From the NCBI GenBank assembly GCA_031271295.1, contig JAISVZ010000032.1, forward strand, positions 1,869-65,868: a stretch of 64,000 nucleotides of DNA. The letters are read 5' to 3'. Under the pieces are notes generated by a model. The model did no database searches, was not told where the DNA came from, and worked only from the letters and a program-made list of their open reading frames with translations. Position numbers and translations under genes: made by a program. Source of the DNA: Clostridiales bacterium (GTDB taxonomy: Bacteria > Bacillota > Clostridia > Lachnospirales > WQUN01). Below are positions 45,649 through 54,572 of this stretch, one piece after another. Numbering within the stretch: the first letter of the stretch is position 1; every line of letters starts with the position of its first letter.

Positions 45649-45662
45649 CGCAAACCGGCACT
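45636..45662. terminator. bidirectional hairpin between convergent genes
   Basis: AGTGCCGGTTT-aacgc-AAACCGGCACT overlapping the PHP gene stop. Followed by a T-rich tract. Confidence 0.6.
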
Positions 45663-45688
45663 TTCTGATTCTTTAATTTCCCTAAATC

Positions 45689-47818
45689 TTATTCCAGCGC
45701 GTTTTCAATTTCCTTCAGCCGCTCAATTGCCTCTCTCCACCGGGGAAGGTCGCTTTCGGATAAACCGTTCGGCCCTTCTTCGCCGTCCGGCAGGGAATCC
45801 ACCAATTCTCTAAGCCTTTTAATCAATTTCGCGTCGGTAGAAGTTAGCCCTGTGCCTCCGTTTTCTAAGCTGCGGTCGCCGTCGAAACGCCGTCCAACCA
45901 ACTGATCCTGCTCTAAATATCCTAACATATGCCGGATTTCCCACACCTTTGATATTTCTTCCGGCGCGGTAATATCTCCGAATGTCAGCGGGTCGTTGTA
46001 TGTGAAATTTACCCACGCAATAGAAATTTCCTGGTTCACATTTTCGGCTGTGGCTTCCGCGAGTTTTACGCTGAGGCTTTTTATTATTGGGTCGTCCATT
46101 GCGTAAATCCACTGCCTGTCGCCGTCGTAGCCAATTTGGAATACCACCTTATTATCGGGATAAAAATCCGCAAAGCGTTTGAATTCGCGCCCAAAACCGG
46201 CGGCGGCGCCCGCTTGCATCGTGTTCGAATCCCATTCGGCGGCAACCGAACCGTCCCACGAACCGGCGTTTTGGCTGTCGTTACAGAAAATCAGCTTTTC
46301 GCTCTTACCTTCCTCGCCGCCTCTGTATGTTAGCGGCAGATGCGTGCAGTTGTAGTGTTTTAGCAAAAGCCCAGCTTTCCCCTCGCCCCAGTTCCGGTAA
46401 AGGTACTCCGCCCACTGCTTTGCCCTGCCGTCCGAAACCGGAATACCTTGGTCGGAATCGATGCCGTAATACCACTCAACATCTACCGCAAAACCCAGTA
46501 CGCACTTGTGGTTTGCCACGTTGAAAACATCATAATAAATATCAATCAGCGTTTCCATATCCGCGAAACCGCTTTCAACCTGCAAATACACATAAATATC
46601 GTTCGTGTCGAAATAGGTTAAAAAATCCTCATGGGTTGCAGCATTTCCCGGCTGAGGCGTAAATTTTATGTGTTTTGCCCGCCATTCAAGTTCGCTTAAC
46701 GCCGGGTATTTGCTCTCGTCCGGCGTATACTTACCGCCGTCCGCTATGCTGTCAAAATCAACGTTTATAGTAATTCCGCCGTGCGCCGATTCAAGCATTC
46801 CGGTTATCCAAACAAATTCCGAACGCGCGTTCGGGAAATATTCCTTCATCCTCCTCGCAATTGCGCCGTACTGCTCCGGCGTAAGCCCGTCGCCCTGACG
46901 CCACGCGCGCCCGCCGGCGGATACTATGTTTGACGGTATTTCATCGTTTATACCCTCGGCCTTTTTAAGCTTTTCATAATTTAACACACGCGCTTTCGCG
47001 CCTTCGCTTAACGCGTTGTAGGCTTCCCTTGCATTAGCGACATCCTGCGCGGACGCGGAGTCCATTTCATCTATTACCGCCTCCGCCTCTTTCGCGTCGT
47101 CGTATTCTTCGCTTATTATGCCTGAATATGTACCCCATTCGTAGCCGGATATTTCGTTGTAATACTCACGCGCGGCAACCACCTGCGGAAGTTTTTTCTG
47201 CTCTGCGGTAAAGGCGGCAGGCCCGCCGTTCGCGCCGTTCGCGCCGTCCCCGTTATAGCTGAAATACGGCTTACCCCAGGAATCCCAAGCCCACAAGCCG
47301 CCGCCCGGCCCAAAGCTTCCGTTTTTGCCCGGCCCAACTTCTTTAAACACTGTGTAAATTTCCTCTATATCAAACGCCCATATCAGCGCTTCCGCCTTTT
47401 GCAGCTCCTTTAAAATTTCCTTGCCGTCCGCGCTCATTTGGTCTATGCCTTTAAGCTTCATAAACAGTTCACGCGCGTAAACAATTCTTTCCCTGTCCAT
47501 AACCGAGGTTGGCTCCGGCCTGAGGTACTCCTTTACCGTTTTAAAAGCGTCTTTTTGTTCGGGTTTTTCCGCCGCAGCAACAAGATCGGGCGTTTTGTCA
47601 AGCTCAGATTCGCTCTGCAAAGCCGTATCCGATACCTGTGAAGATTCTGACGCAGACGTTACATCCGCATAACTTGCATTAGACATATCCGTAATTCCTC
47701 CCGTCGTGTTTTGTGCGGAAACATCAATTTTTGCGCCTCCTGCTCCGTTACAGGCGGCAACCCCCAGCGCAAGCAGCACTAAAGATAAAAGCGACAGTGA
47801 TGAAACCAGTTTTTTCAT
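45689..47818 (-). CDS. large secreted lipoprotein, function unknown (possibly glycoside-hydrolase-like TIM barrel)
   Basis: 709 aa. AAGGAGGAG RBS. Lipobox LGVAAC. The central region ...VYLQVESGF...GFAVDVEWYYG... suggests a barrel enzyme, but I recognise no family. Confidence 0.6.
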   Translation of the reverse strand: MKKLVSSLSLLSLVLLALGVAACNGAGGAKIDVSAQNTTGGITDMSNASYADVTSASESSQVSDTALQSESELDKTPDLVAAAEKPEQKDAFKTVKEYLRPEPTSVMDRERIVYARELFMKLKGIDQMSADGKEILKELQKAEALIWAFDIEEIYTVFKEVGPGKNGSFGPGGGLWAWDSWGKPYFSYNGDGANGANGGPAAFTAEQKKLPQVVAAREYYNEISGYEWGTYSGIISEEYDDAKEAEAVIDEMDSASAQDVANAREAYNALSEGAKARVLNYEKLKKAEGINDEIPSNIVSAGGRAWRQGDGLTPEQYGAIARRMKEYFPNARSEFVWITGMLESAHGGITINVDFDSIADGGKYTPDESKYPALSELEWRAKHIKFTPQPGNAATHEDFLTYFDTNDIYVYLQVESGFADMETLIDIYYDVFNVANHKCVLGFAVDVEWYYGIDSDQGIPVSDGRAKQWAEYLYRNWGEGKAGLLLKHYNCTHLPLTYRGGEEGKSEKLIFCNDSQNAGSWDGSVAAEWDSNTMQAGAAAGFGREFKRFADFYPDNKVVFQIGYDGDRQWIYAMDDPIIKSLSVKLAEATAENVNQEISIAWVNFTYNDPLTFGDITAPEEISKVWEIRHMLGYLEQDQLVGRRFDGDRSLENGGTGLTSTDAKLIKRLRELVDSLPDGEEGPNGLSESDLPRWREAIERLKEIENALE

Positions 47819-48334
47819 GGGTTCTTTTCTCCTCCTTAAAAGTGTGTGTTTTGTGCATTTGATGCACTCTTGTGTGAAAAATTTAGTATTTGCCGGAATC
47901 GGTTTAATAGCTCTGCTCCGGATTATATTAAAGCTTTCTGTATCATATCATTTTTTGCCAATATCGTAAATGGTTTTTTGCTGAAATGAGCAAGGATTGT
48001 ACAAATCATGAAATAACGCCCATTCTTTTAAATACTGTGGGCGGGTTTGATGAAAAGCAACTTGGAAGGGAACCCATTGCCAACCGCGTTATAAATTTTT
48101 CTGTGGTCGATGTTGAATAGTTTATTAGAGTTCATAATGTTCTGTCAATGCTTCCCGAATTATTTCCTTATGTGTTCCTTCACAGAACTCAGACCATGTC
48201 CACAACGGTGTAAAGTCCACCGTTTCAATCAGTTCAAAATTTTCCCGTTAATACTTATCTATTCCCAAAAGACTATTAATTTCATTCACCCCAAAAAACT
48301 CGTCAAAAGTAACCGTAAATTTAACATCCGTGAT

Positions 48335-48946
48335 TTACCTGGCAATTTCAACCGTTCTGCCTATTTTTTTATACTCTTCATTATGTGTAACCAAAACAAC
48401 AGTTTTACCCGCTTCGTTAAGTTTAACTAAGTTATTAATTATTATTTCGGAATTATCTTTATCCAGCGAACCTGTAGGTTCATCCGCCAAAATGATATCA
48501 CAGCGTTTAATCATCAGCCTTGCCAAAGCTACTCTTTGCTGTTCTCCGCCGGATAGGGTATAAACCTTTGAACCATATGTGTCCATAATGCCAAGCTCCA
48601 AAAGGGCGTCCTTAATTTTTACGCCCGATCTGAACTCGGTTTTAACCATTTGCAGGTTTTCTAAAACGGTTTTGTTTTCAATCAGCGCGAAATTTTGAAA
48701 CAGAAAACCAACCTTGTTCCTGTAATAGTTAAGCAAATTCCGCTTTTTACTGATATTAATTCCGTCAACAACAATCTCGCCCCATTCGAACGGTTCCAAA
48801 GCGCCTATCATATTCAACAAAGTTGTTTTACCGCATCCGCTCGGACCTGTTAAAACTACAAACTCTCCAGTTGCTATTTCCAGATTAAAATTCGAAAACA
48901 ATATTCTGCCGCCAAATGATTTAGTTAAGTCGGTAATTTTTATCAA
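48335..48946 (-). CDS. ABC transporter ATP-binding protein, lactococcin-972-group exporter type
   Basis: 203 aa. Walker A GPSGCGKTT, signature LSGGEQQRVALAR, Walker B IILADEP. It is short and its start overlaps the upstream gene end. It follows a ~670-aa DUF1430-like membrane protein, as in lactococcin 972 loci. Confidence 0.75.
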   Translation of the reverse strand: MIKITDLTKSFGGRILFSNFNLEIATGEFVVLTGPSGCGKTTLLNMIGALEPFEWGEIVVDGINISKKRNLLNYYRNKVGFLFQNFALIENKTVLENLQMVKTEFRSGVKIKDALLELGIMDTYGSKVYTLSGGEQQRVALARLMIKRCDIILADEPTGSLDKDNSEIIINNLVKLNEAGKTVVLVTHNEEYKKIGRTVEIAR

Positions 48947-50955
48947 AGCGCTCCCCCCTTCAATATTTTTATGATACCTGTTTTTTCTTGATAACTCAAA
49001 AAACTTATGTTGAATGCGAAATCTGATAATGTAAATAATAAAGCCGCCAAAGCGCAGTATACAAATGAATACCCTAAAATGGCGGTTATCAAGAATAGGA
49101 CTATAGAAATAGCTAAATCCAGCAGTAAGAAAATTTGGAGCGACAACTTATTTCTTTGAAAAAGCGAATACCCCAAAGTTTTTTTAACCGCCGCTTCAAT
49201 GCCGTTTGCACGGTATCTCATTTTTGTTACAAGCACGGTTAGCGCAAAATTTATCAAGGACAAAAAAACGGCGTTTACCGCCGCGATAAGTGTTTTGTTT
49301 CGCTTTATCCGCATATTATCCTCGTATTTCCCCAATACATTGTATGTATAGATATTGTATTGGCTTATTACCCCGTTTTCCATAATAAACTTGCGGTATA
49401 AATCATCATTAACTCTATATGCAAAGTGCGAATGCCCGCCCATATTCATCATTTCCCCCGCAAACGCCTTTCCATATTCGGCCGGGTTAAAATTCATAAG
49501 AACCACAACGGGGTTTCTTGCCACCGTAAAATCATTGTTTAAACCCCCAAAAGACGGAAGCGTAACACTTTCGGTATAAACTTGCGTTTCATAATCGTAG
49601 CTGCCCGGTTCAAATGAAAGTTCCCTGTCTAAAATAAAAAACACGCTGTCCAATATATTCTCCGAATAATTTTCGGGAAGCAGAATTATAAACTCCGAAT
49701 CTTGCTGTATTCTTTCTAAATCCGGTATACGCTGCTCTAAAATATCGTACGCATGTAGGTTTGCCAGGAAAATGTTACGCGCCGGAAACGCGTTAAAAAG
49801 CACATAGGAATTAAATTCTTCATAAAATTCACGGTAAAACATGTCGCTCATCACACCCGCTTTTATAAAAGCATCCATAGGGTTAATTACTTTTCCCTGC
49901 TGCAGGGAAAAATCAATATGATAGTAATCCGAAAACTGCCGCGCATAGTTTCTTTCCAAAGACGCGCTGTAACTTTCGCTGAAGCTGTGCATAGCGTAAA
50001 GGGTTAATACTGCGGCAACTAAGCAAACAACCGCTTTAATCGAGTATCCCGCAATAACAGCACCTTTGCTGATTTTAACTTTGGAGAATATTTCTTTTAC
50101 TCCGGTTCGAAACGCAAAAAAATATGTGAGTATATTAAAAGCAATAACACACACAATGGTTAGAATTAAAAACGGCATATATGCCCCTACTAAGGTTATA
50201 ATCGAAAAGAACGAAAGTGCGGCACCGGATAGAACTATATAAATTGCCGAATCGGCAAGCACAGGTAAAACAACAACACGATTTATCCCATCGCCCAATG
50301 TAATGCGTACAAATGATTCTTTGCGCTTTAAAAGCACATCGTAAACGGAAAGCACTATATTTACAGCGCACACAATGAGAAACACCAAAAACAAATGTCT
50401 GTTTTCAGATTGCTTGCTGCTTTTTACAACCGATGCGTTTATATGCCTTCCCGGCATATTTATAAGCATATTTCTTTCAAAAGCCGCCGCGCTGCTGCCG
50501 CTTCCTATAACACGCAATGTCATTACGCTCGGCATATGCCCCAATTCGTCAAATGTCTTGTAATTAATAGACCTTTTTTCCCCGAATAACGATGAATAGC
50601 TGCCCTCCCATATGTATTCTTTTATCAGGTGGTTTTTTGCCTTCGTTGTTGCGTATATTGTTAACCCCACCTCGCCTTTTTCAAATACTGTTCGCTGCAC
50701 ATAAAAAACCTCAACGCCGCAATTTACGGATTCGCTCGCTATTTTCTGTGTTATTTGTGAAACAGAATGCCTATTATTCAACGCGTTTATTTCAAAAGTA
50801 TGATACGGTAAGCTGAAAGAACCCAACTTGGCGGCATGGTTTTCACCAATTTGAATTATAAGCATAATAAAAACAAGGAAAAACCCCGCAAACTTTATCA
50901 GTTTCAAAACCATCAACTCACTTAAACTATTTTTTAAGAGAATGTAACGCCCCAA
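48943..50955 (-). CDS. bacteriocin-associated integral membrane protein (DUF1430 / FtsX-like permease architecture)
   Basis: 670 aa. It has an N-terminal TM, an extracytoplasmic domain, a 4-TM block, a second large loop and a C-terminal TM block. Size and pairing with a ~200-aa ATPase match the lactococcin 972 immunity/export family, from memory. The start is ambiguous (TTG 50955 or ATG 50913). Confidence 0.65.
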   Translation of the reverse strand: MGRYILLKNSLSELMVLKLIKFAGFFLVFIMLIIQIGENHAAKLGSFSLPYHTFEINALNNRHSVSQITQKIASESVNCGVEVFYVQRTVFEKGEVGLTIYATTKAKNHLIKEYIWEGSYSSLFGEKRSINYKTFDELGHMPSVMTLRVIGSGSSAAAFERNMLINMPGRHINASVVKSSKQSENRHLFLVFLIVCAVNIVLSVYDVLLKRKESFVRITLGDGINRVVVLPVLADSAIYIVLSGAALSFFSIITLVGAYMPFLILTIVCVIAFNILTYFFAFRTGVKEIFSKVKISKGAVIAGYSIKAVVCLVAAVLTLYAMHSFSESYSASLERNYARQFSDYYHIDFSLQQGKVINPMDAFIKAGVMSDMFYREFYEEFNSYVLFNAFPARNIFLANLHAYDILEQRIPDLERIQQDSEFIILLPENYSENILDSVFFILDRELSFEPGSYDYETQVYTESVTLPSFGGLNNDFTVARNPVVVLMNFNPAEYGKAFAGEMMNMGGHSHFAYRVNDDLYRKFIMENGVISQYNIYTYNVLGKYEDNMRIKRNKTLIAAVNAVFLSLINFALTVLVTKMRYRANGIEAAVKKTLGYSLFQRNKLSLQIFLLLDLAISIVLFLITAILGYSFVYCALAALLFTLSDFAFNISFLSYQEKTGIIKILKGGAL

Positions 50956-51467
50956 TGCTCTTGCGCAACTTGAAATAATTCCTGAATTTCTGATTTGTAC
51001 TGTTCAAGCAGTTTTTTTGCCTCGTTTTCATCGAGATTTGTTCTTATTAAGTTTCCGTTTCTATCTATTTCTCCAACAGATTCACCGTATATACCATCTT
51101 CGGTTTCGGTAACATGGTTGAAGAGATAATGGTAATTGTCGTCATAATCGTTTGGCATTATAATAGTAATATGATGCGATGTACCAAGCCCGCGGCTGCG
51201 TTCTTCCATAAAACCAACATCCAAATTATACTCGTAACGAAGAAACTCCGGAAGAGCAATTAAAAACTTATATTTGTTATCCACAACAATGCTTGGAATT
51301 GAAACCTTTGCATCCGGAATTGATTCTTCATATCCTTCTAATACATATTTGTTATACACTTTATTGTAATGCAATTGCCACGGAATATAATTGTAACCGG
51401 CGAATCCAAGAAATAGAATTAAAAGTGCAAATAAAATGATAGCAACAGTTTTTTTCTTTGATTGCAT
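50934..51467 (-). CDS. single-pass membrane-anchored protein, unknown function
   Basis: The start is revised to the ATG at 51467 (GGGAGGG RBS). MQSKKKTVAIILFALLILFLGFAGY is a signal anchor, followed by a ~150-aa outside domain. Sits between the secreted peptide gene and the DUF1430 gene. Confidence 0.6.
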   Translation of the reverse strand: MQSKKKTVAIILFALLILFLGFAGYNYIPWQLHYNKVYNKYVLEGYEESIPDAKVSIPSIVVDNKYKFLIALPEFLRYEYNLDVGFMEERSRGLGTSHHITIIMPNDYDDNYHYLFNHVTETEDGIYGESVGEIDRNGNLIRTNLDENEAKKLLEQYKSEIQELFQVAQEHWGVTFS

Positions 51468-51567
51468 GACAAATCCCTCCCAAATATATAGCCGTCTAAG
51501 CACTAAATAATATAGCAAAAATTCAATCTTACCTATGTGTAATCATAGGTAAGATTGAATTTTAAGA

Positions 51568-51909
51568 TCAATCAACAGCAGTATGCAAAGCAGTTGGTGA
51601 CATATAGACCTTTAAATCTGCTCTTGCTCTTTTGTTCCTCGTTCCATGCGTAAAAACTGCGCCGCTTTCAGCAGTATAAACACCTGCAGTATGATCACGA
51701 GCAGTAGAAACGGATTCAGTATAGGCTATCATATCGAATCCGCTGAAAACATTAACGCCATAATAAATAGTAAGTGTTCCGTCTGTGAATATATGATGGT
51801 TAGTGTAATAGGTGTCGCTCTGTCCTTGTAAAACCGTTGCCGAAACCGTTGTTGCAAAACTCAAAACCATGGTTAAAAGCAGAACACTAATTATAAGTAT
51901 TTTTTTCAT
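51568..51909 (-). CDS. small secreted protein, candidate bacteriocin precursor
   Basis: The start is revised to the ATG at 51909 (AAAGGAGGTG RBS 7 nt upstream). Sec signal MKKILIISVLLLTMVLSFATTVSA, then an 89-aa mature part rich in T/H/G/Y. First gene of the cassette. Confidence 0.6.
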   Translation of the reverse strand: MKKILIISVLLLTMVLSFATTVSATVLQGQSDTYYTNHHIFTDGTLTIYYGVNVFSGFDMIAYTESVSTARDHTAGVYTAESGAVFTHGTRNKRARADLKVYMSPTALHTAVD

Positions 51910-52320
51910 AATATCACCTCCTTTATTTTTGTCAATGAAAAAATAAATAGCCAAATTGAATATTATGCAATGACAATACTCAACTTCATCATTTGTGCTA
52001 TAGTTATCAGCTTGATATCCGGAACAAAACTACAAGCAATACGCCAATGTTACAGACGTTTATCGATAATTTGCTATGAGTATTGATTTTTCAAGCCGCA
52101 CCATTCATCGTTAATTATGTATATTTTCATAAAGAGCTGATTAATTATCAAAGCTGTCTAAAAAAGCTATATATTTTTCCATGCTGGCAAGCCATTAACT
52201 TTTTTGCTTAAGATGAAAATTTAGTTATTTACCGTTAATTAAATTACTCAACATTTGTCCATAATAGTAAATCAAATTATTTTTTCTGTCAAGTTTTTAT
52301 TTTTTCCCATAAATACAACA

Positions 52321-52360
52321 AAAAACGAGCCATTAAAATTTTACATTGGCTCGTTTTTTA
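52321..52360. terminator. bidirectional rho-independent terminator
   Basis: AAAAACGAGCCA-(14 nt)-TGGCTCGTTTTTT, downstream of the 52413-52640 gene. Confidence 0.75.
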
Positions 52361-52412
52361 TTGTTTATAATAAAAAAACAATATAGTTTAGCTGATTGCT
52401 ACTAATCGTTAC

Positions 52413-52640
52413 CTATGCAACAAGTATCCAATCTCCAATCCACTGTCCGGTTGTAGAGTTATACAGTCTTTTATAATACTTTCCATTTTCTATTTTGAAT
52501 ACCCATTCAAAAATATCAGCAGAAGCAAGTGATTGCTGTTGAACAACCATCGAATAAATATCCATCATTGCATATACAGGCGAAACCGAAAGCATAAATA
52601 TCGCGATAATTACTAAGATAGCTCTTTTACATTTTTTCAT
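52413..52640 (-). CDS. small secreted protein (75 aa), unknown function
   Basis: Signal peptide MKKCKRAILVIIAIFMLSVSPVYA. 51-aa mature part ending NGKYYKRLYNSTTGQWIGDWILVA. The start overlaps the stop of the BlaR1-like gene (ATGA). Confidence 0.6.
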   Translation of the reverse strand: MKKCKRAILVIIAIFMLSVSPVYAMMDIYSMVVQQQSLASADIFEWVFKIENGKYYKRLYNSTTGQWIGDWILVA

Positions 52641-53806
52641 TTTACTTTCCTCCTAAATCTTCCATGATGATATACCGGTAAGTTTTTTAGCGATTCATCA
52701 ATATACGGCAATGTAAACAGCTCCGTACCATCATTTAAAAATGTGGTATACCTATCGTTGGAGTACTGCACTATGTAAGCATTATTTTCATTTATCGAAA
52801 ATAATATCTCCCCTTCTTGCGCATCATCAATATATGAATGATGTGATTGAACAACAACTAAAAAAGATGCGATAATTAACACGACTGTTATAAAAATACA
52901 GATTATTTTCGACTTATAAAACTTTTTGTTCTTGTCATACTCCAAACCAAAATGTATTCGTTTCTCAATATTGCTTAATCGTTTAGTTTCATAATTATTT
53001 GCAAAATTGAGTTGTAAAGGTGTGCTAATTATCTGCTTTCTCTTTTTTGATTCTTCTAAAATAAATTTCAAATATTCTATTCTATCATGTTCGTTAAGCA
53101 ACTCTATGACAGAAAAATCCGCTCGACATTCCATTATATTTGCAAATGCCTTTTTTAACTCTACAATAACAAAATAATTCCACCAATATACTATACATAT
53201 TACTTCCAAAATTAACTTTACCCACAAATCTTTTTTGAGAAAATGAATCAATTCATGGCAGAGTATGAAGCTTAGTTCCTCTTCCGTATATTCCTCATCC
53301 GGAATGATAATTACAGGTTTTATTAACCCGAAAATAACAGGAGCTCCCATAGAATTTGACTTTATAATCTTAAGATTATCCGGTATTTTTATGTTGTAAA
53401 ATTTTAAACAGATGTCCGAGTACTCCCTTGTTCTATCTCTTTTTTTACTGAATAATTTAGTCGTTGTTCTCAGTTTTATGTACCTTAGCACATTCTTGCA
53501 AGCTTTAAATGCACCTCCTAAAATCCAAACCGTTATAAGCAAATGTAAAACTGTAAATTTTCCAAAAAAATAATTCTCGTGTATATACATATTGAAAAAC
53601 GGTAAAACTTTAGATGATAAAATAGGTTTTGTAAACGGAAGCTCAAACGGCAATGCAAGCCGTAAAACAACAAGCGATAAAATTAAAAGCAGAGTTGTTA
53701 CTCCTATTGATTGAAAAGCTTTCTTATTATTTGTTAATTTGGATACCGCCAATATTATGATACCGCTACTAATAACACCGTTTACTATTGCGGGTATTGT
53801 AAGCAT
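52637..53806 (-). CDS. M56-family (BlaR1/MecR1-like) membrane metalloprotease/signal transducer without penicillin-binding sensor domain
   Basis: 389 aa. 4 N-terminal TM segments. Zinc motif CHELIHFLKKD. One further TM and a ~70-aa C-terminal outside domain, in place of a PBP-like sensor. Confidence 0.8.
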   Translation of the reverse strand: MLTIPAIVNGVISSGIIILAVSKLTNNKKAFQSIGVTTLLLILSLVVLRLALPFELPFTKPILSSKVLPFFNMYIHENYFFGKFTVLHLLITVWILGGAFKACKNVLRYIKLRTTTKLFSKKRDRTREYSDICLKFYNIKIPDNLKIIKSNSMGAPVIFGLIKPVIIIPDEEYTEEELSFILCHELIHFLKKDLWVKLILEVICIVYWWNYFVIVELKKAFANIMECRADFSVIELLNEHDRIEYLKFILEESKKRKQIISTPLQLNFANNYETKRLSNIEKRIHFGLEYDKNKKFYKSKIICIFITVVLIIASFLVVVQSHHSYIDDAQEGEILFSINENNAYIVQYSNDRYTTFLNDGTELFTLPYIDESLKNLPVYHHGRFRRKVK

Positions 53807-53846
53807 ATAATTTCACCCCTAATGCAGTAAAACGCCCTTACTTTTA

Positions 53847-54266
53847 CTATAACTTTGCTCTTCGCTCAGCCAACAATTTTTCCAATGCATTTATTGTGTC
53901 CTCTTCGTTTTCATCATAATCCAAAAATGAAGCAACAATATTAGAGGTTAGAGTTTTATTTTTTGAAGGAAAATGGTGATTTACATACATTATCGCATAT
54001 TCCTCGTCTGAAATATGGGCGATATATTCGCGAGCCGTAGTTTTTTGCACTCTCTTATACGACGCAACTTCAATTGCTCCCTTATTTAAAAGAGATTTAA
54101 GCATATTTTGCACTGTAAAAATATTGTTCTTTTTATCTGTGAAGCCGTTGGCGATTAATTCGCTTTCAATATCAGTCGCCGTTTTAGGCGTATCCGAATT
54201 CCAAAACACTCTCATTACTTCAAGCTCGCGGTTTGTAAGTTTAAAAAAATTGATATCCTTTTTCAT
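53847..54266 (-). CDS. BlaI/MecI/CopY-family transcriptional repressor
   Basis: The start is revised to the ATG at 54266 (GGGAGG RBS). LTNRELEVMRVFWNSDTPKTATDI...TVQNMLKSLLNKGAI...REYIAHISDEEY follows the BlaI winged-helix pattern. Confidence 0.85.
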   Translation of the reverse strand: MKKDINFFKLTNRELEVMRVFWNSDTPKTATDIESELIANGFTDKKNNIFTVQNMLKSLLNKGAIEVASYKRVQKTTAREYIAHISDEEYAIMYVNHHFPSKNKTLTSNIVASFLDYDENEEDTINALEKLLAERRAKL

Positions 54267-54319
54267 AGAAACCTCCCTTTTAATAAGCGATAACATATAA
54301 ATAAAGAGCCTACAGCTTT

Positions 54320-54348
54320 ATTTTATTTCACATTAAGATAAATGTCAA
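54320..54348 (-). promoter_or_regulatory. sigma-A type promoter of the blaI/blaR1-like operon
   Basis: On the minus strand: TTGACA (54348-54343), 17-nt spacer, TAAAAT (54325-54320), about 50 nt upstream of the ATG. Confidence 0.55.
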
Positions 54349-54495
54349 CGATGAATTTTTTATCTTATTCGATTTATTGGTATAACGGGTCAATCCGTAA
54401 ACGTAAAATTATAAAAGAGATATATCTGTATAAAAAGCCAATCAGAAAGCCATTGCTACATGTTCTTTCAAGATCAAAATTAGTTTTTTTAATCA

Positions 54496-54524
54496 TTGAC
54501 AAATTACATCAACAGTAGTAAAGT
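54496..54524 (+). promoter_or_regulatory. sigma-A type promoter of the stalk-domain protein gene
   Basis: TTGACA (54496-54501), 17-nt spacer, TAAAGT (54519-54524). Confidence 0.45.
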
Positions 54525-54572
54525 AATATCGAACGAGAAGATGTGGTTATGAAAACAGAAAGAAGGTGCCGT

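Noticed and set aside
51977-52093. 38-codon + strand ORF (MTILNFIICAIVISLISGTKLQAIRQCYRRLSIICYEY) as a small membrane toxin
   Set aside because: No RBS or promoter. It lies in very AT-rich intergenic DNA, where short hydrophobic ORFs arise by chance.
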